Shown here: positions 58,420 through 64,000 of the stretch, in pieces | How the letters are laid out: each line of letters starts with the position of its first letter | How positions within the stretch are numbered: position 1 is the first letter of the stretch | DNA from: Candidatus Undinarchaeales archaeon | GTDB lineage: Archaea; SpSt-1190; JASMDC01 | Direction: 5' to 3' | DNA length: 64,000 nt | NCBI GenBank assembly: GCA_030753015.1 | Contig: JASMDC010000010.1 | Location: 32,099-96,098 of the forward strand | The notes under the pieces: generated by a model | What the model was told of the DNA's origin: nothing | The model's database searches: none | Seen by the model: only the letters and a program-made list of their open reading frames with translations | Position numbers and translations under genes: made by a program

Positions 58420-59163
58420 ATGAACGTCCTCGTACTCGGCGAGCCCGAATCGGCCTTCAGATACATCCACGCCGTCATTGATGCCCGCGGGTTCTTTTTC
58501 ATGCACATCCCCGTGAACGGGCTCGGGACGATGCCAGCAAAGTCCACATGGCTCGATTCGTTCGACGCTGTCCTGCTCAGCGACGTCCCCGCCGTCGAGC
58601 TCGGCGTGGAGCGGATGAAAGCGCTCAAGGACTTCGTGGAACGTGGCGGCGGCCTAGGGATGGTCGGCGGGTGGTGGTCCTTCACCGGTACCAAGGGAGA
58701 GTACCGAGGGACGCCCGTCGAGGACGTGATGCCCGTGCGCTGCTCCCCCGTAGATGACCGGGTCAATGATCCCAACGGGTACAAGATGGTCAGGACGCAG
58801 GACCATTTCCTCATCGAGGGATTGCCGTGGCATGATGCACCCACCATCTGTGGATTCAACAGAATCGAACCCAAGGCCGGCGCCCAGGTCCTGCTGACGG
58901 CCCGGCGAATCGAGCCCGTGGGAAAGGACCGGGTGGAGGGAGTGCGCCTGGCGGAGCAGGAACATCCACTATTGGTGGTCGGCGACCACGGACGAGGGAG
59001 GACACTCGCCTTGGCCACGGACCTCGCGCCCCACTGGGTGGGCGGGCTGGTGGACTGGGGCGCCGAGCGCGTCGAGCTGGACGGGACCGAGGTGGGCGAC
59101 CTGTACATCACGTTCGTGGGCCGGATGCTCGAATGGCTTGGTGGAGATGGGCATCAGAGATAA
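58420..59163 (+). CDS. Class I glutamine-amidotransferase-like protein (DUF1355)
   Basis: VLLSDVP, FVERGGGLGMVGGWWSF, GRGRTLALATDLAPHW motifs. Confidence 0.85.
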   Translation: MNVLVLGEPESAFRYIHAVIDARGFFFMHIPVNGLGTMPAKSTWLDSFDAVLLSDVPAVELGVERMKALKDFVERGGGLGMVGGWWSFTGTKGEYRGTPVEDVMPVRCSPVDDRVNDPNGYKMVRTQDHFLIEGLPWHDAPTICGFNRIEPKAGAQVLLTARRIEPVGKDRVEGVRLAEQEHPLLVVGDHGRGRTLALATDLAPHWVGGLVDWGAERVELDGTEVGDLYITFVGRMLEWLGGDGHQR

Positions 59164-59280
59164 GCTGGATCGCCGGTCGGGATCTGAGCGCACATTAGGG
59201 GACAAATGAAGGGGGCACGTCAGCAATGATGGTTCGATCCTCACCAACCTTAATATTGGTTTGGGACCTGCAATAATGCA

Positions 59281-60213
59281 ATGAATAATCTTCAGGACAC
59301 ATCTCAAACCGTAATAACATGCTACGACCTATTGGACGCTGCCTTGGCAGGAGGAGTAGAGGATTTTACGGATGGGAAGTATTCTGGAAATCCCTCATGT
59401 TCATACGAGGATGCGCAACGGAACCAGGCAGAATGGCTGTTGGATCAGATCAAATGCAGGAAAGGAAGCCATATCCTGGATATAGGTTGCGGAAACGGAA
59501 GGATATTGAAAGCTGCAAGGGACCGTGGAGCTCATGCGGTGGGCATCACCATTTCCAAGCAGCAAATCAAGAGGAACAAGGATAAGGGTCTGGACGCACA
59601 TTTGATGAATTATCGGAACATCCCACAGGATTGGGACCATGCATTTGACGGAGTGATCGCGAACGGATCTGTAGAGCATTTTGTTCAGGTGCAGGATGCG
59701 ATCGATGGGAAACAGGATCGGATCTACGAAGAGATGTTCGGGATCTGTCATCGGATCCTCAGACATGGAGGCTACCTAGCAACAACGATGATTCATTTCA
59801 ATCAACCTGTCGATCCACATGAGATCTGTAAGGGATCAAGAGCACATTCCAGAGGCTCCGATGATTTCCATTTTGCAAAAGTACTCCAGGAGGATTTCGG
59901 AGGATGGTATCCGGTAGAAGGGCAGCTCAAGAAATGTGGAAGCGACTACTTTGATCTTGAATATCATGAAGATGGTACACAGGATTATCATTGGACCTCT
60001 GAATTCTGGTTGTCCGAGATGAAAAGGCAAACACTAGTGAATCCGAAGGTGTGGACCGCGCTTCTAAGTAAATTAAGGCATAAACAAAGGGGAACTATCG
60101 GTATGTTGGATAATCTGATAATCGCTCAGTCATGGATGTGGCAATTCAGAGAGCGAGAGAATAATGGAACCCCAACGAAGCTGTTCCGGGACGTTTGGAA
60201 ACGAAAAGACTGA
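59281..60213 (+). CDS. Class I SAM methyltransferase, cyclopropane-fatty-acid-synthase-like
   Basis: YEDAQRNQ, ILDIGCGNG, GITISKQQ, GSVEHF motifs; visibly lower GC than the flanks. Confidence 0.85.
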   Translation: MNNLQDTSQTVITCYDLLDAALAGGVEDFTDGKYSGNPSCSYEDAQRNQAEWLLDQIKCRKGSHILDIGCGNGRILKAARDRGAHAVGITISKQQIKRNKDKGLDAHLMNYRNIPQDWDHAFDGVIANGSVEHFVQVQDAIDGKQDRIYEEMFGICHRILRHGGYLATTMIHFNQPVDPHEICKGSRAHSRGSDDFHFAKVLQEDFGGWYPVEGQLKKCGSDYFDLEYHEDGTQDYHWTSEFWLSEMKRQTLVNPKVWTALLSKLRHKQRGTIGMLDNLIIAQSWMWQFRERENNGTPTKLFRDVWKRKD

Positions 60214-60324
60214 TCGATCACGTTGCTCTTTCCACATAGGATCCCACTATCCGACCGTAGGAGTAATTGAACCAGAGCCTCACAAGGCTGTTCCTCGATA
60301 GAGCCGTCGTGGAGGTCCAGTGCC

Positions 60325-60650
60325 TCATCGATGACCCGTTACATTTCCATTGGCTCGCCGATGGTCCCGTAAGGGCCCAGGTCCGTGGGCGTGTAGGTAG
60401 CGTTGGTGGGGGGGGGTTGGGATGAACTTGTCCCCGTATGACACTTGGTGCTCATGGGTCTGGTTGAAGCTCTCCAGACGAGGATTGATGCGGTCAATGA
60501 CCTCCATGGCGACATCGTACTGCCATTGCTTGTGGCACTCGCCGCTGACGGCAACATACTTGTTCTCCCGGCCGCCCTCGCCATTGGTGGCATCTATCGT
60601 GTGATCGTTCTTATTCGTAGTGTCGATCCGGAATCTGCAGTCCGGTAGAA
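60325..60650 (-). pseudogene. Probable gene fragment at an att junction
   Basis: Coding-like frame with no good start inside the cassette and a homopolymer run near 60408-60416 where the frame appears to shift. Confidence 0.3.
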
Positions 60651-60921
60651 AGAATGGTGCGCCGGTCGGGAACAAAGCCCACATTTACGGGCAAATGAGA
60701 GGGGAGACGGGAGCGGGGATCGCTATCCGTCTGATTGTATCGAGACGGAATCCATGAAATGGTGGATGGCGGGATCGCTGTCGGGAAAAAGAAGGCATGA
60801 CATCCACGTATCCGGCCTGAATCTGAACATGTACCGGCAGGATTCGTCCGAGGAAAGGTTTATATCAGCCAAGCGGTATCTATCCAATAGAGGGAATCCA
60901 ATACAGTCAGGAGTGAGGGAA

Positions 60922-61140
60922 ATGAACTTCAAGGTCATGATAGAGCGGGACGAGGACGGGGCGTTCGTCGCGACGGTCCCGACCCTTCCCGGCTGCATCT
61001 CCCAGGGCGACACCGAGGAGGAGGCGCTCGAGAACGTCAAGGAGGCCATCGAACTGCACCTGGAGAGTCTCGCTGCGGACGGCCTGCCGATCCGCAGGGA
61101 GGCTAGTGTGCTGGAGAGGCAGGTGTCGGTCACCATATGA
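60922..61140 (+). CDS. hicB: HicB-family antitoxin (short form)
   Basis: IERDEDGAFVATVPTLPGCISQGDTEEEALENVKEAIELHLE. Confidence 0.92.
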   Translation: MNFKVMIERDEDGAFVATVPTLPGCISQGDTEEEALENVKEAIELHLESLAADGLPIRREASVLERQVSVTI

Positions 61141-61355
61141 CCAAGCTGCCCGTCCTCTCGGGACGTGATGTCATACGGGCCCTCGGGAAGCTTGGGTACT
61201 ACGTCCGCGACCAGAAGGGGAGCCATGTCCACCTCCGCCACTCCATCAGGCCACCGCTCACCGTCCCGAACCACCCGGAGGTCGCGCGCGGAACGCTGCG
61301 GGCCATCATCCGGGCAGCGGGATTGTCCGTGGCGGAGTTCGTCAAGCTCCTCTAG
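61137..61355 (+). CDS. hicA: HicA-family toxin
   Basis: LSGRDVIRAL...QKGSHV...LTVPNH...GTLRAII; ATGA overlap with hicB. Confidence 0.92.
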   Translation: MTKLPVLSGRDVIRALGKLGYYVRDQKGSHVHLRHSIRPPLTVPNHPEVARGTLRAIIRAAGLSVAEFVKLL

Positions 61356-61507
61356 ATGCCCACGGTGACATAAACGGGAACTCGGCTTGGTCTCTCGCGA
61401 TTTGAACACGCATTAGGGGACAAAAGCACTGCTCTCGTCGTATCAATTAGATTCTCCCGGAACCGAATGACGGAGACGCTCTAATGATATTTTTATATGT
61501 AAATAAA

Positions 61508-61585
61508 TGGTGCGCCGGTCGGGATTTGAACCCGAGTCATTGGCTTGGAAGGCCAATGTCCTGGACCAGACTGGACTACCGGCGC
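61508..61585 (-). tRNA. tRNA-Gly(TCC) with encoded CCA
   Basis: GCGCCGG acceptor stem, TTGGC-CTTCCAA-GCCAA anticodon arm, GGTTCAAATCC T-arm, ACCA end. Confidence 0.96.
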
Positions 61586-61649
61586 ACGCGCGAGCACAAC
61601 TCCGGTGGATAACATTTAAAGCTATTCATACCAGCCCAAGAATCCCCGT

Positions 61650-61734
61650 GCCGGGGTAGCGGAGCCAGGCTAACGCGCCAGACTCGAGATCTGGTGGTGC
61701 TTGCACCACAAGGGTTCAAATCCCTTCCCCGGCG
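61650..61734 (+). tRNA. tRNA-Ser(CGA)
   Basis: GCCGGGG/CCCCGGC acceptor stem, CCAGA-CTCGAGA-TCTGG anticodon arm, long variable arm, G discriminator; divergent from tRNA-Gly across TTTAAA. Confidence 0.95.
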
Positions 61735-61830
61735 CTTTAACATTATTTCAGAAATTGGATAATTATTACACCCTACAATGACCAGAATGCTGTATGGCGA
61801 TACGAAAAGCCCGTGATGGATTGGACGCGC

Positions 61831-62727
61831 TCAGGCGTCGACACAGCAACGGAATCCGAAGCTAGGGTATGTGTCCGACGGCACACCGTACAGGCCCAGG
61901 TAAAAGCACCCGAACCCTGGAGAGCCGCCCGCGTAGTTGTACCAGTCGCCGCCGCGCAGGAACACGTTGCCTTCCTTCATATACGAAGAATCATGGTATA
62001 CCCAGTCGCCGCCGTACTTGGATCCGTCCTCGCCAAGTGCAGTGCCAACCGGTTCACTGCTGCCTCCCCACGTATCGCTGGGGACCTGCGCGTCCGTCCA
62101 CTCGAACACGTTACCGATCATGTCGAAGACGCCCTCGGCGGACCTGCAGTTCGCGCGGAAACCAGTCTCGTCTGAGCCGATCGAGCCCTTCGTGTGGCAT
62201 CCGTACGTCTCGTTCTCTTCCTCCTCGGTCAGGAAGTACTTATCCCCGTCGAGGTTGCACGCCGCCATCCACTCGAAATCCTTGCACAGCCTCTTGCCAA
62301 CGGCCTCGCACGCTGCCTTTGCATCGTGCCAGTTGATGTCAACCCACGGCCGCGTCCCCGGTGCGGAGCCCGCCACTCCGCCCCCGGCATCGTGGGCCTC
62401 ATACTTGTCGATACAGAACCCGCCGCACTGATCGATGAACGCCATTCCCTCAGGGCATTCCATCTCGGGTACGGGAGGTTCGGCGCAAACAGGGTCAAGG
62501 GCGGTCTTCAAGTCCGGGTACGGATCGAGCTGCTCCCGCAAAAGGGGCTTGTTCGGTGACTTTGGTATCTCAGTGACCACCGGTGAGGACCCGTTCGCTT
62601 CAGGAGACACTTCGGGAGGAGCGACGGACACGGATGGTGTTCCCTTTCCAGCATCCTCTCCACCCATGCACCCCGAGTAGAGCACCAACAACCCGATGAG
62701 AAGAAGGGGCAACAGTCGCCGGGTCAC
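61831..62727 (-). CDS. Lipoprotein with FGE-sulfatase (SUMF1-like) domain
   Basis: Lipobox-like YSGC; FCIDKYE, GKRLC..EW, DMIGNVFEW, RGG, GFRCC motifs. Confidence 0.85.
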   Translation of the reverse strand: MTRRLLPLLLIGLLVLYSGCMGGEDAGKGTPSVSVAPPEVSPEANGSSPVVTEIPKSPNKPLLREQLDPYPDLKTALDPVCAEPPVPEMECPEGMAFIDQCGGFCIDKYEAHDAGGGVAGSAPGTRPWVDINWHDAKAACEAVGKRLCKDFEWMAACNLDGDKYFLTEEEENETYGCHTKGSIGSDETGFRANCRSAEGVFDMIGNVFEWTDAQVPSDTWGGSSEPVGTALGEDGSKYGGDWVYHDSSYMKEGNVFLRGGDWYNYAGGSPGFGCFYLGLYGVPSDTYPSFGFRCCVDA

Positions 62728-62917
62728 GGAGCCGGGGAGGGCGTGAATCTTTATCTAGATTGCGATGGAGCGCTGGCCGGGATTTGGGCACGGATCTGAA
62801 TGTAAAACCCAAGAACCGTCCCCGGTGCCTTTTCCCCTCAGGAAGAGCTGGAGCACCTCGTGCACAACGACAGCGCCACGTCCCTTCCGAAACAAGGGAT
62901 GCTGATCCTCACGGGTA

Positions 62918-63856
62918 TCAGTAATCAGGTGACGGGGCCTCATCGCCCTCGCGGTAGCCCTCGGGCAGCACGTCCTCGAGCTTCTTGAGGGTCAGGACGT
63001 TGTTGCGGAGGACCAGGACGTCGGTGGCGCCGTTCACCTGGGAGCCTGTATTGGCGATCCACTTGTCCTTGGACACATCGATGGGCACGTTGTAATCCTT
63101 GATCTCCTCGAGCAGCTTCTCGCCCTTGGCGTCGTAGTGGAGGATGCGGGGATTGTGGGTGTGGCCGTAGATTACCACGTCCTCACCGTACCGCTGCACC
63201 CAGTCCAGGGCGCCATCGATGTACTCCTGGTAGTCGCCCACGTACTCGGAGCCGCCGGGTGTGGGTTTGTTACCCCATTTCTTGAGGAACCGCTGCACTT
63301 TCCCGAAATATTTCTCCACGTCGTACCAGCCGGCCTTCTCCACTAGACCACCGATGTAGGCGATCCCACGACCGACCCACTCCAGGGGTCCATGGTTCCA
63401 CTTGTCCCAGATGTCGCCGTGGACGACCTCGATCTGACGGGCCCCTAGCGACTCGAACCCGTACCCGTCGTGGTACTCGTCCTTGAGCAGCCCGGTGATC
63501 TTCTGGATGTCGGCTGGACCGTCGTAATAGAGGAGCATATCGGTGGCGATCTCGCCGTCATGGTTGCCGATCGTGTACACGACCTTCTCCTTCTCGACGA
63601 GATCGAGCAGGTCCTCCACGAGGTCGTGGTGGGCGGAGTATATCTTCTTGAAGTTGGCCTGCCAGAGCTCGAACGCGTCCCCGGCGATGACGCACTTGGT
63701 GTCGGGCGTGTCCCTGATATAATGGAGGAATCGATGCAGCTGATCGGGGTCCGTCGTGTTCTCGTGGTTGGGATCGCCGTCAGCCAGATGGATGTCGGAG
63801 AGGAAGTAGAAAGTAACGTCACGTGACTCCTCACCGTCGTTACCGGGCTCTTCCAC
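62918..63856 (-). CDS. Calcineurin-like metallophosphoesterase (LpxH-like)
   Basis: SDIH, GDAFE, GNHD, HGD, GHTH and NTGS motifs. Confidence 0.88.
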   Translation of the reverse strand: MEEPGNDGEESRDVTFYFLSDIHLADGDPNHENTTDPDQLHRFLHYIRDTPDTKCVIAGDAFELWQANFKKIYSAHHDLVEDLLDLVEKEKVVYTIGNHDGEIATDMLLYYDGPADIQKITGLLKDEYHDGYGFESLGARQIEVVHGDIWDKWNHGPLEWVGRGIAYIGGLVEKAGWYDVEKYFGKVQRFLKKWGNKPTPGGSEYVGDYQEYIDGALDWVQRYGEDVVIYGHTHNPRILHYDAKGEKLLEEIKDYNVPIDVSKDKWIANTGSQVNGATDVLVLRNNVLTLKKLEDVLPEGYREGDEAPSPDY

Positions 63857-64000
63857 CTCAAGGTCCCCCTACACGAGTGTTAGCGCCCCAGGGAGTATAT
63901 TAAGGTTTTGAATCCCCCGGGCGGTGTAGAGTCCTGAAATTATTTCGTCGGGGCGCTTCGCCTCGGGATTGTGCTGTGACGAAGCTCAACGACAAGAAGA

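Larger units (their letters stand above)
59166..61524. mobile_element. Tandem mini-islands integrated at the 3' end of tRNA-Gly
   Basis: tRNA 3'-end copies at 59166-59187 (3 mismatches), 60653-60671 (exact 19 bp) and a degenerate one near 61396, each followed by a CATT..GG.CAAA motif. Confidence 0.8.

Overview
GC-rich archaeal chromosomal window (archaeal histone, Hef-type helicase, RadB, SelB-like protein, TATA-box promoters, tRNA-Gly and tRNA-Ser). The backbone encodes amino-acid and peptide metabolism (5-oxoprolinase, MetV/MetF, PepT, two M14 carboxypeptidases, PheA, thrB-thrC-ACT-hom, core MetE, TIGR00300 ornithine-cyclodeaminase-like protein), transporters (two OFA MFS, an APC permease, CopA) and large surface proteins, including an alpha-2-macroglobulin/TEP with an intact GCGEQ thioester. 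Two AT-richer accessory islands stand out. (1) A ~4 kb island (29232-33301) is bounded by a 23-bp direct repeat. It holds a complete 2727-bp insertion sequence (22-bp perfect TIRs, 8-bp TSD, orfA/transposase joined by a -1 slippery site) inserted exactly at the centre of a dyad resembling the element's own putative operator, plus a RelBE module enclosed in nested inverted repeats. (2) A tandem stack of integrase-less mini-islands lies at the 3' end of tRNA-Gly and carries a methyltransferase and HicBA. Other notable items are an uncharacterised two-gene wHTH/Zn-ribbon plus CorA-topology operon and a 50-aa microprotein resembling the glutamine synthetase C-terminus at the head of the threonine operon. 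All family assignments come from motif recognition by eye; no searches were run.
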